Shown here: positions 44,162 to 55,574 of the stretch, one piece after another
How the letters are laid out: every line of letters begins with the position of its first letter
Position numbering within the stretch: position 1 is the first letter of the stretch
Assembly (NCBI GenBank): GCA_965279375.1
Contig: OZ257156.1
Location: 2,560,001-2,624,000 of the forward strand
Reading direction: 5' to 3'
DNA: 64,000 bases
DNA from: Gemmatimonas sp.
GTDB taxonomy: Bacteria > Gemmatimonadota > Gemmatimonadetes > Gemmatimonadales > Gemmatimonadaceae
Position numbers and translations under genes: made by a program
The notes under the pieces: model-generated
Database searches by the model: none
Told to the model about the DNA's origin: nothing
Seen by the model: the letters and a program-made list of their open reading frames with translations, nothing else

Positions 44162-45241
44162 TCATGGGGCGTACGGGAACATACCCGGCAACGGAAGAGA
44201 CGATTGCGCCGTGAGCGTGGCCGGCATGCGCTCCCCCACGGCAAAACGATACAGACCAGCCGCGGCGATCATCGCGGCGTTGTCGGTCGCCAGTCTCGGG
44301 GACGGCGCGAAAAGTCGCCCACGACGTTTGGCAATCTTCGCCGCAATACCTGCCTGCAGCGCGCCGTTGCACGCGACGCCGCCACCCAGCACGACGTTGC
44401 TGCGCCCAAACAGCCGTGCAGCGCGGTCGACCTTCTCCGCGAGCGTGTCCACGACGGATTCCTGAAATGCGCGCGCAATTGGGCCACGCTCTGCATCCAA
44501 CACGCCGGCGGACTCGGCTGCGCGCACGTCGAGTAGCACCGCGGTCTTGAGGCCGCTGAACGACAGGTCGAAGTAGTCGTCGTCGCTGGGCGTGGCGTTC
44601 TTGCGTAGCATCGGCCGCGGAAAGCGATGGCTGCCTGCCTCGCTGCCGCGCGCGAGCTCCTCCAGCGGCCGTCCGCCTGGATACGGAAGCCCGATCAGCT
44701 TGGCCACCTTGTCGAAGGCCTCACCTGCCGCGTCGTCGCGCGTGCGCCCGAGCAAGCGATACTCGCCCCACGCCGGGACATCCAGCAGCAGCGTGTGACC
44801 GCCGCTCACCAGCAGCGCCGTGAACGGCGGTCTCGCATCAGGTGACTCGAGCAGCGTGGCAAAGAGATGCCCTTCGAGATGATGCACCGGAACGACCGGC
44901 ACGTTACTGGCACGACCGATCGCCTTGGCGAAGGTCGTTCCCACCAGAAGAGCTCCCACGAGTCCCGGCGCATGCGTCACCGCGATCGCGTCTAGCTCAT
45001 CCAGTGCGATGCCGGCTTCGTCCAGCGCGGTGCGCACCGTTGGCACGATCCCAGTGAGATGCTGTCGGCTGGCAATCTCCGGCACGACACCGCCGAAGAG
45101 GCGATGCACATCCTGCGACAGGATCACCAGCGAGCGCAGCACCGGATGATCCGCATCACCCTCCACCACCGAAGCCGACGTCTCGTCGCACGACGTTTCG
45201 ATGCCGAGTATCCGCAGCGGCCTGTCGGACGACGTGCTCAC
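44162..45241 (-). CDS. tsaD: tRNA N6-adenosine threonylcarbamoyltransferase
   Basis: ILGIETSCDET, GGVVPEIASRQH, HHLEGH, VSGGHT, DDAAGEAFDK, TDNAAMIA. Confidence 0.97.
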   Translation of the reverse strand: MSTSSDRPLRILGIETSCDETSASVVEGDADHPVLRSLVILSQDVHRLFGGVVPEIASRQHLTGIVPTVRTALDEAGIALDELDAIAVTHAPGLVGALLVGTTFAKAIGRASNVPVVPVHHLEGHLFATLLESPDARPPFTALLVSGGHTLLLDVPAWGEYRLLGRTRDDAAGEAFDKVAKLIGLPYPGGRPLEELARGSEAGSHRFPRPMLRKNATPSDDDYFDLSFSGLKTAVLLDVRAAESAGVLDAERGPIARAFQESVVDTLAEKVDRAARLFGRSNVVLGGGVACNGALQAGIAAKIAKRRGRLFAPSPRLATDNAAMIAAAGLYRFAVGERMPATLTAQSSLPLPGMFPYAP

Positions 45242-45678
45242 GGCGGTGTCGGCGACGTGGAGATGATGGGCGCGCTCGATCGCGCGTTCTCTCCCACGCG
45301 CTGCATGCGTACCGTGAGCAGTCGCGGCCGCAAGTCGGTCACGCGCGCTTCGGCACCCGGTGGCAAATCGAGATCCGCTTCCCGCAGTTCGATGCGGACA
45401 CTGTCCGGCGTGTCGTCGGTGATCGCGCGTTGCAGCACTGGCGGCGATTGCAGCAAGCGATACAGATCGCGACGACGACCCACCACGAAGGCACGTACCT
45501 GTGGAACCGGTGCGGTGAGTGTCACCGCGCTGTCGAGCGTGAGCGATACGCGCACGGGCACCCACGACGCGTACGGTTCTTCAGCGCTGACGATGAGCCA
45601 GAGCGCGCACGCCAGCAGCAGCGCGGCCGACGCGCGCGTGAGCGTGGACCACGACAAGCCGGACTCACGTTCCGTCAA
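45238..45678 (-). CDS. YbbR/CdaR-like membrane-anchored protein
   Basis: ALLLACALWLIVS anchor followed by a YbbR-like beta domain; overlaps neighbours at both ends (TTGA, GTGA). Confidence 0.65.
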   Translation of the reverse strand: MTERESGLSWSTLTRASAALLLACALWLIVSAEEPYASWVPVRVSLTLDSAVTLTAPVPQVRAFVVGRRRDLYRLLQSPPVLQRAITDDTPDSVRIELREADLDLPPGAEARVTDLRPRLLTVRMQRVGENARSSAPIISTSPTPP

Positions 45679-46226
45679 CTGCGCGGCTCCGCCAGCAGCT
45701 GCTCGATCAGCTTGCGGTTCTGATCGGAATTCCAGTTCTCGCCACCGATCCACACTTTGCGAATCACACCGTCGCGGCCAATGACGAACGTCTGGGGCAC
45801 ACCGGTGGTGCGGTAGATGTCCTGAATGACGGCACTGGAATCGTGCAGCAGCTCGAACGACAGGCCGAACTCCGTGCCGAAGTCGCGGATGGCCTGCTCC
45901 TTCCCCGCCGGATCGATGCTGACGGCGACGATCTTGAGTCCCTTGGGGCCAAACGCTTCGTGCAGCTTCTGGATGCTGGGCATCTCTTCGCGACACGGGC
46001 CGCACCACGTCGCCCAGATGTTGAGCAGCAGCACCTCGCCACGATAGTTCGAAAGCGACTTGGGCGTTGCCTTGCCGTCGAGCGTCAGCGCGGTGAAGCT
46101 CGGCGCATCAGCGCCAAGAGATACGGTGGTCAGCTCGTCCTTGAGCACGCGCGTTGCCACAAATGCACCACCGCCCAACAGCGCCACGATGCCCAGCACC
46201 ACCAGCCATTGCTGCTTGGCTGTCAC
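45675..46226 (-). CDS. TlpA/ResA family thiol-disulfide oxidoreductase
   Basis: N-terminal TM, LLNIWATWCGPCREEMP, GVPQTFVI. Confidence 0.93.
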   Translation of the reverse strand: MTAKQQWLVVLGIVALLGGGAFVATRVLKDELTTVSLGADAPSFTALTLDGKATPKSLSNYRGEVLLLNIWATWCGPCREEMPSIQKLHEAFGPKGLKIVAVSIDPAGKEQAIRDFGTEFGLSFELLHDSSAVIQDIYRTTGVPQTFVIGRDGVIRKVWIGGENWNSDQNRKLIEQLLAEPRS

Positions 46227-46888
46227 GCCGTCTCCGCGCAGAGCTCGCGCAGGACGCGAATCTCTCCCTGCGGATCGGTGGCGCTGAAGATCGCATTGCC
46301 GGCGACGAACGTGTCCGCGCCCGCCTGCCAGCAACGCGCAATCGTGTCGCGCGAAATGCCGCCGTCGACCTCGAGTGCCGCCGCGCTGTCGGCCTGGTCG
46401 AGCAGCCAGCGTGCGCGCGCGATCTTGTCCACCGAGTACTCGATGAACTTCTGTCCGCCGTAGCCCGGATTGACGCTCATGATGAGCAGGAGATCGAGCA
46501 TGTGCGCGACTTCTTCGATGGCGCTGAGCGGCGTGCCCGGGTTGAGCGCGACGCCTGCCTTGCAGCCGAGTTCCTTGATGCGCATGAGCTGACGATCGAG
46601 ATGCGGCGCGGCTTCGGCGTGAATCGTGAGCACGTCGGCGCCGGCCTTGGCGCATTCGTCGAAGTAGCGCTCCGGCTCGACGACCATCAGGTGCACGTCG
46701 ATGGTGAGCTTGGTCGAGCGTTCGACGGCGTCGATGACCTTTGAGCCGAACGAAAGACTGGGCACGAAGCGCCCGTCCATGATGTCCACGTGAATCCAAT
46801 CGGCGCCGCCCGCTTCGACCATCGCAAGGTCAGCACCAAGGTGGCGGAAGTCGGACGCGAGTACGGACGGTGCGATACGAACGGTCAT
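46223..46888 (-). CDS. rpe: Ribulose-phosphate 3-epimerase
   Basis: IAPSVL, HVDIMDGRFVP, MSVNPGYGGQ, EVDGG. Confidence 0.97.
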   Translation of the reverse strand: MTVRIAPSVLASDFRHLGADLAMVEAGGADWIHVDIMDGRFVPSLSFGSKVIDAVERSTKLTIDVHLMVVEPERYFDECAKAGADVLTIHAEAAPHLDRQLMRIKELGCKAGVALNPGTPLSAIEEVAHMLDLLLIMSVNPGYGGQKFIEYSVDKIARARWLLDQADSAAALEVDGGISRDTIARCWQAGADTFVAGNAIFSATDPQGEIRVLRELCAETA

Positions 46889-47412
46889 GGCTGTGGTGCG
46901 AAAAAGGCGAAATCGGTAGGAGGCGTGCGACCGTTGCTCAGCACGAGCGTCACGGTGCCGTTGATCTGCTGCGACTCACCGGCGCCCGGTACCGTGCGAA
47001 GCACTGTGCCGGCCGGCGTGCGGGAATCTTCCAACTCGGCGGTGCCGACGGTGAGCTTCGCGTCGGTGAGGCGCGTGCGCGCGAGTCCCTCTTCCAGCCC
47101 GATCACGTCGGGGACGGTCACGAGCGTACGTGAATACTCGATGCTGTCGCGCACGCGCTGAATGCGATTCGTCGCTTCCGCGCTGTCCGAAGCACGGCGC
47201 TGACTGCGCGCATCGGTCTTGGGTGCGCCGACGCCGGTGCTGTCGAGCAACAGTTCCACCGAATCGCGTGACACAGGGCGACCCGGCTCGAGCGCACGCA
47301 CCGCCGCCACGCCGATGCCGCCACCGATAGCGAGTCCCAGCACGCTCAAGGCGATGATGCGCTTCACCCACGTGCCCGTCGTCAACGCGCCCTTCGCTTT
47401 CTTCGCGGCCAT
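46885..47412 (-). CDS. Membrane-anchored PASTA domain protein
   Basis: One TM helix, C-terminal VTVPDVIG...GTVL..P.AG....V.LVLSNG PASTA pattern. Confidence 0.82.
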   Translation of the reverse strand: MAAKKAKGALTTGTWVKRIIALSVLGLAIGGGIGVAAVRALEPGRPVSRDSVELLLDSTGVGAPKTDARSQRRASDSAEATNRIQRVRDSIEYSRTLVTVPDVIGLEEGLARTRLTDAKLTVGTAELEDSRTPAGTVLRTVPGAGESQQINGTVTLVLSNGRTPPTDFAFFAPQP

Positions 47413-48800
47413 CAGAGAGCTCTCCGCAGTCGTGCCGCGAAGGCGCCGTCGGTGCCCGCCGTCTGCGGCAGTACACGCAACAGTCCGCCGTCGAGTACTT
47501 CGTCAGGTACAGTGCCGCGCGCGGGTGGTTCCAGCGTGAACTCCGGATGCTCGGCGAGAAACGCGTCGATCTGATCGTCGTTCTCTTCCAGTTCGAGCGA
47601 GCACGTGCTGTAGATCAACAATCCTCCCGGCTTCACGACCGTTGCGGCAGCGCGAAGAATCTGCTTCTGCAGCGCGCCCAACACGGCGAAATCCGAGACG
47701 CGCAAACGCCAGCGCGCGTCGGGGTGCCTCTTGAAGGTGCCGGTGCCGGTGCAGGGCACGTCCACGAGCACGGCATCTACGGGCGTGATCGCCGGAAAGC
47801 GCGCGTCGGCGACGATGGACACGAGGTTGTTCGCGTCGATGCGACCGAGCCCGAGGAGCATGCGGTCAACGCGCATGTTGTTGCGGTCGGCCGCGATGAC
47901 GGTCGCGGCGGTGCGCGAAAGCTCGATCGCCTTGCCGCCGGGCGCCGCACACAGGTCGGCAGCGATGGATCCCGCGGGAACGGCAGCGTACTGCGTGACC
48001 AACGTGGCCGCCGGATCCTGCACGAAGAGCAACCCTTGCTTGAACGTGCCAAGCTCGGTGAGCGCGACACCAGGACCCAACTGCAGCGAGTCGGCCACGA
48101 GTGGCACGGCGTGCGTCGTCACGCCCGCACCCTCGAGCATCGACGCGAGTTCATCGCGGCCCACGCCAAAGGGGCGCACGGTGATGGTCGCTTCTTCGTT
48201 GTTGCTGGCCAGCAGACGCTCCACGTCCGCTTCGCTCCACCGCTCGAGCCACCGCGCAACGACCCAGCGCGGGTGCGAGAAGCGCTGCGCAAGCGCTTCG
48301 ATGGGATCGGACGGAATGGGCGGCTCGATGGCATCGCGCTCGCGATCGACACGCCGCAACACGGCGTTAGCCAGCTTGCTGGCACCGATACCATGACGAC
48401 GCTTGGTCAGCTCGACAGTCTGCGCGATGGCGGCGTACGCTGGCACACTGCCCATGAACAGGAGCTGATAGGCGCCAAGTCGCAGCAGGTCGGCCACGTC
48501 GGCATCGAGCTTGGCAATGCCGCCACGTACGCGCACGCCGAGCATCGCATCGAGCCAACCGCGCCGACGGAGCATCCCCCAGACGAGCTCCTGCACCCAG
48601 CGGCGATCGCGCGCATCGAGGGCGCCCACGCGGCGCTCGAACGCCACATCGAGCATGGCGCCGGAGCGCATGTCGGCCAACGCCATCGCGGCCGCGGTGC
48701 GCGCCTCGGTGACGCCACCGGCCGAGTTGGCGGATTTCGACTTTCCTGGCGCGCTTTTGCGCGCTCGCACACCCTGTTCGGGCCCTTCGACCGGCGTCAT
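47412..48800 (-). CDS. rsmB: 16S rRNA m5C967 methyltransferase
   Basis: NusB-like N-terminus, SHPRW, DLCAAPGGK, DVPCTGTG, YSTCS. Confidence 0.95.
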   Translation of the reverse strand: MTPVEGPEQGVRARKSAPGKSKSANSAGGVTEARTAAAMALADMRSGAMLDVAFERRVGALDARDRRWVQELVWGMLRRRGWLDAMLGVRVRGGIAKLDADVADLLRLGAYQLLFMGSVPAYAAIAQTVELTKRRHGIGASKLANAVLRRVDRERDAIEPPIPSDPIEALAQRFSHPRWVVARWLERWSEADVERLLASNNEEATITVRPFGVGRDELASMLEGAGVTTHAVPLVADSLQLGPGVALTELGTFKQGLLFVQDPAATLVTQYAAVPAGSIAADLCAAPGGKAIELSRTAATVIAADRNNMRVDRMLLGLGRIDANNLVSIVADARFPAITPVDAVLVDVPCTGTGTFKRHPDARWRLRVSDFAVLGALQKQILRAAATVVKPGGLLIYSTCSLELEENDDQIDAFLAEHPEFTLEPPARGTVPDEVLDGGLLRVLPQTAGTDGAFAARLRRAL

Positions 48801-48850
48801 GGTCGAAAGATAGTCGGGGTGGGTGCGCGGTCGCTGCTACGCGGTGGCTC

Positions 48851-49819
48851 TCAGGCGATATCGTCGAAGCGATCGCCCACGGCGATGCCGCGCCCGCGGA
48901 GCCACGCATCGGGAGCCAGTCGTGGCTTCCCACTGGGTTGCACACCGCTCAGGCGCACCGCGCCGGTGCAGCAACGCACGAGGAGCCCGTCAACGTCGGC
49001 GGAGCGCACCGTCCCCGCCGGTGAGGACCGGGTCGGCTCGTCGAGGGCGGCATCGGTACCGTCGCCCACCAGCCGCACACCGAAGCACTTCACGTCGGTG
49101 CCACGCAGTGCGGCGTAGGCCCCCGGACGCGGATCGAAGGCGCGGACAACTCGAGCAACCTGCTCCGCCGTGGCGCTGAAATCGATGCGCGCCATGGCCC
49201 GGTCGATCTTGGGGGCGTAGGTGGCGAGTTCATGCTCCTGCTCGACCGGCTGCGCCACGTCCGCTTCGATCATCGCCAGTGCCTGCACGATGCCAAGGGC
49301 ACCCAGCTCCGCCAACCGATCGTGCAGGTCGCCGTAGGTCTCCTCAGGAGAGATTGGGGTGCGCAGGACATGCAGCATTGCGCCGGCGTCGAGCGCGTGG
49401 ACCATCTGCATGATGGTGACGCCCGTTTCGCTGAAGCCCTGCAGAATGGCCGCCTGCAGCGGCGCCGCACCGCGGAGCAGAGGCAGAATGGAGCCGTGGA
49501 TGTTGATGGTGCCACGAGGCGGCAGGTCGATGACCGCCTGCGGCAGAATGCGGCCGTACGCCACCACAACCGATATGTCGGGCTCGAGGGCGCGCATTGC
49601 CGCGAGAAACTCGTCGCCGCGCGGCTTGTCGGGCTGCAGCACGGGAATGCCTTCTTCCAGCGCGACCACTTTCACGGGCGACGGATCGAGCTGCGAGCGC
49701 GACCGGCCGCGAGGGACGTCGGCTCGCGTGACGACGCCGACGACGTCGTGCCCTTCGCCCAGCAGTGCCCTGAGCGGTGGCACTGCGAAATCAGGCGTGC
49801 CCCAGAAGAGAATTCGCAT
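48851..49819 (-). CDS. fmt: Methionyl-tRNA formyltransferase
   Basis: FWGTPDFA, VVAYGRIL, NIHGSILP, RGAAP, TYAPKI. Confidence 0.97.
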   Translation of the reverse strand: MRILFWGTPDFAVPPLRALLGEGHDVVGVVTRADVPRGRSRSQLDPSPVKVVALEEGIPVLQPDKPRGDEFLAAMRALEPDISVVVAYGRILPQAVIDLPPRGTINIHGSILPLLRGAAPLQAAILQGFSETGVTIMQMVHALDAGAMLHVLRTPISPEETYGDLHDRLAELGALGIVQALAMIEADVAQPVEQEHELATYAPKIDRAMARIDFSATAEQVARVVRAFDPRPGAYAALRGTDVKCFGVRLVGDGTDAALDEPTRSSPAGTVRSADVDGLLVRCCTGAVRLSGVQPSGKPRLAPDAWLRGRGIAVGDRFDDIA

Positions 49820-49845
49820 CGACGGCGCTGGGGCGGAGGGTGCGG

Positions 49846-50400
49846 CTAGTTCGCGTCGCGGTCGCGCTCGACGGGAAGATCGCCGACCGGAAGCACGCGG
49901 AGCAGCTTCGGATACTGCGACTTCTCGTCTTCCCAGTCGCGCAGCGCCGCGCGCCGCTTGAGAATGCTCAACCGGTCGATGAACGTCTTGCCGTGCAGGT
50001 GATCGATCTCATGCTGCAGGCAGCGTCCCAACAGGTTGGCCGCCTCGACCTCATAGAAATTGCCGTCGATGTCCTGCGCCCGCATGATGATGCGCGCTGA
50101 CCGCTCGACGTCCGCGAAGACTTCGGGAATTGAAAGGCATCCTTCTTCGCCTTTCACCTTCCCTTCCTTGAGGATGATCTCGGGGTTGATGACCACGAGA
50201 CGCGTATCGTCGGCATCGACGATCGCGAGACGCTCACGACGGCCGACTTGCGGTGCCGCGAGGCCGACGCCCTTGGCCTTCTCCATCGTGTCGAACATGT
50301 CGTCGACGAGGCGACGGAGTTCCGGCGTGATCGTCTCGATGCGCTCCGTTTCCTGCCGGAGGATAGGGGAGCCGAGGACGTGAATGTCGAGCAGAGCCAC
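49846..50400 (-). CDS. def: Peptide deformylase
   Basis: GVGLAAPQVG, EGCLSIP, QHEIDHLHG. GTG start at 50400. Confidence 0.97.
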   Translation of the reverse strand: MALLDIHVLGSPILRQETERIETITPELRRLVDDMFDTMEKAKGVGLAAPQVGRRERLAIVDADDTRLVVINPEIILKEGKVKGEEGCLSIPEVFADVERSARIIMRAQDIDGNFYEVEAANLLGRCLQHEIDHLHGKTFIDRLSILKRRAALRDWEDEKSQYPKLLRVLPVGDLPVERDRDAN

Positions 50401-50407
50401 GGACGGA

Positions 50408-52991
<2,584 letters not shown>

Positions 52992-53053
52992 TCAGCCGCG
53001 AAAGACAATCGATGCGCGCGCATCGCGCAACGGTCGAGCGGTGCGTGCAGCGG

Positions 53054-54082
53054 TCAGAAGAGCCCCGGTTGCTCCGCCGACCCGACCGGAGGAACGAATC
53101 CGAGGTGACGATAGGCGTGCGCGGTAGCGACGCGGCCACGAGGGGTACGGTGCAGAAATCCGTTTTGTACGAGGAACGGTTCGTAGACTTCTTCGATGGT
53201 GCCGGCGTCTTCGCCGATCGCCGCAGCGATGGTGCCCAATCCCACCGGACCGCCGTCGAACTTCTCGATGATCGCTCGCAGCAGTCGGCTGTCCATGTCA
53301 TCGAGCCCGAAGTGATCGACGTCGAGCAGTGCGAGCGCCGCCTGCGCCACGTCGAAGTCGATGCGACCGTTGGCGCGCACCTGCGCGTAGTCGCGCACGC
53401 GACGCAGCAGCCGGTTGGCCACGCGTGGCGTACCGCGCGAGCGTTTGGCGATCTCGCGCGCGCCGGCGGAATCCATCTCCACTTTGAGCACGTCGGCGGT
53501 ACGGCGGACGATGATCTCGAGTTCGTCTTCCGGATAGAACGCGAGCTGGTGCATCAGCCCAAAGCGCGCGCGCAGTGGGGCCGTGAGCATGCCCAGTCGG
53601 GTTGTGGCGCCGACCAACGTGAACCGTTCGATATTCATCGTGACGGTCTGCGCCTTGGGGCCTTCGGAAAGGCGAATGTCGATCCGGAAATCCTCCATGG
53701 CGGGATAGAGGAACTCCTCGATCACCGGGCGCAGGCGGTGGATCTCATCGATGAAGAGGACGTCCCCTTCACGCAAATTCGTGAGCGGGCCGACCAAGTC
53801 GCCCGGCTTCTCGAGCGCCGGTCCCGAAGTGGTGGTGAGATTGACGCCGAGTTCGCGGGCCATGAGGTCGGCGAGCGTCGTCTTGCCAAGCCCGGGCGGT
53901 CCGAAGAACAGCGTGTGGTCGAGCGGTTCGCGGCGCGCCAGCGCGGCATCGATCGCGATCGACAGCCCCTCCTTCACCTTCTTCTGCCCAATGAACTCAG
54001 CCAATCGTTGCGGACGCAGCGACAGTTCGACGACGCTTTCCTCGGCGAGCGCTTCCGGGGTCGTGATCTCGGGCCGACTCAT
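53054..54082 (-). CDS. ruvB: Holliday junction branch migration helicase RuvB
   Basis: [39 protein letters not shown]. Confidence 0.98.
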   Translation of the reverse strand: MSRPEITTPEALAEESVVELSLRPQRLAEFIGQKKVKEGLSIAIDAALARREPLDHTLFFGPPGLGKTTLADLMARELGVNLTTTSGPALEKPGDLVGPLTNLREGDVLFIDEIHRLRPVIEEFLYPAMEDFRIDIRLSEGPKAQTVTMNIERFTLVGATTRLGMLTAPLRARFGLMHQLAFYPEDELEIIVRRTADVLKVEMDSAGAREIAKRSRGTPRVANRLLRRVRDYAQVRANGRIDFDVAQAALALLDVDHFGLDDMDSRLLRAIIEKFDGGPVGLGTIAAAIGEDAGTIEEVYEPFLVQNGFLHRTPRGRVATAHAYRHLGFVPPVGSAEQPGLF

Positions 54083-54252
54083 GAACTGGGCGGGGACGGG
54101 TGCGGTGCGATGGGGGCGAGGGAACGCCGAAGGGGCGTCGGAAGAATATACTTGACGGCCCGGACAACTCTCAGCATTTCCCGGAGCGTCGCGTATAGTT
54201 CGGGGTAGGGTAGCAACGGATCGTCCACGCTAGATCGCATACCAAGGGGCCC

Positions 54253-54846
54253 ATGTCTCGTCGCCTGCTTTCCGCCGCCAGTCTGGCCGGTCTCGTTGCT
54301 GTTGTCGCGGTCACGACGGCGGCCGCGCCGCATCGTCCTGCGGGCACGCCGACGGCCGCCAAGCGCGCCGCCAAGGTGGCGCCTCGTACGGTGGCGCCTC
54401 GCACGGGGACGCTGCGGGTCGTGCTGCCGAAGACGGCTGCTGCCGCGAACGTTGCCGCCGTCGCCAAGATCGAAGACGCGATCAACATCGACTGGCGCGT
54501 GCTGGCCGGGTTGGATTACTCGAACGGAAAGGCGACGGACACGCTCAAGAAGCTCGAAGGGAAGATGGTCCGCATCCCGGGCTTCGTGGTGCCCCTCGAC
54601 GACTTTCAGGAAGAGGGCGCGGAGTTCTTGCTGGTGCCGTACTACGGCGCCTGCGTGCACACCCCGCCGCCGCCGCCAAACCAGATCGTGATGGTGAGCA
54701 TGACCGGCAAGAAGGCGATCAAGCTCAACCTGTTCGACGCCGTGTGGATGTCGGGACGCATCAAGATCGCGTCCGTCGAAAGCCCGTACGGCACCGTTGG
54801 CTATCAGCTCGAAGGGCTCAAGGTCGAGCCGTACTCCGCGAAATGA
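54253..54846 (+). CDS. DUF3299 family exported protein (ZrgD-like)
   Basis: Signal peptide, VRIPGFVVPL, FLLVPYYGACVHTPPPPPNQIV. Confidence 0.88.
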   Translation: MSRRLLSAASLAGLVAVVAVTTAAAPHRPAGTPTAAKRAAKVAPRTVAPRTGTLRVVLPKTAAAANVAAVAKIEDAINIDWRVLAGLDYSNGKATDTLKKLEGKMVRIPGFVVPLDDFQEEGAEFLLVPYYGACVHTPPPPPNQIVMVSMTGKKAIKLNLFDAVWMSGRIKIASVESPYGTVGYQLEGLKVEPYSAK

Positions 54847-55559
54847 CGTCGGACGCGGCCGGTACGCCGGCCGTCGAGCTCTCCAATCTCCGTTTTGCCT
54901 ATCGCAGTGGTCGCGACGTGCTCCAGATCGAGCACCTCGCGATCGCACGCGGCGAGACGGTGTTTCTGCATGGGCCGAGCGGCAGTGGGAAGACCACGTT
55001 GCTCGGCCTCCTCGCGGGCGTGCTTCAGGCCTCGAGCGGCCACATTCGCGTGTTGGGACAGGACTTTGCGACGATGTCGAGCGGCGCGCGTGATGCCTTC
55101 CGCGCGCGACATCTGGGCTACGTGTTTCAGATGTTCAACCTGATTCCGTATCTGCCTGTTCGCGAGAACATCCTGCTGCCGATCCGCCTCGACGCGGGAC
55201 GTCGCGCGCGACTGGGTTCGCAGTCGCTCGACGCGGCGGTGCACGACATCGCGAAGCAGCTCGATATCGATCCCCTGCTCGATGCGCCGATCAGCGAGTT
55301 GAGCGTGGGGCAGCAGCAGCGCGTGGCAGCGGCGCGGGCGTTGATTGGCGCGCCCGAGGTGGTGATTGCCGATGAGCCCACCTCCGCGCTCGACACCGAT
55401 CGTCGCGAGCAATTTCTGCAACTGTTGTTCGCCTCGTGTGCCAAGGCGAAATCCACGTTGGTGTTCGTCAGCCACGACCACACGCTGATGCCGCTCTTTT
55501 CGCGGGTCGTGTCGCTGGCTGAGATCAACAAGGCCGCCGATGTCCGGCGGACCGCGTAG
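54843..55559 (+). CDS. ABC transporter ATP-binding protein (LolD/MacB-like, ZrgB-like)
   Basis: GPSGSGKTT, LSVGQQQRV, ADEPTSALD, VSHD; ATGA overlap. Confidence 0.93.
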   Translation: MTSDAAGTPAVELSNLRFAYRSGRDVLQIEHLAIARGETVFLHGPSGSGKTTLLGLLAGVLQASSGHIRVLGQDFATMSSGARDAFRARHLGYVFQMFNLIPYLPVRENILLPIRLDAGRRARLGSQSLDAAVHDIAKQLDIDPLLDAPISELSVGQQQRVAAARALIGAPEVVIADEPTSALDTDRREQFLQLLFASCAKAKSTLVFVSHDHTLMPLFSRVVSLAEINKAADVRRTA

Positions 55560-55574
55560 CGGAGTGACCGCGCC

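Noticed and set aside
54083..54252. Zur box upstream of the Zrg-like operon
   Set aside because: No convincing AT-rich dyad found, and TTGACG at 54152 has no well-spaced -10 box.
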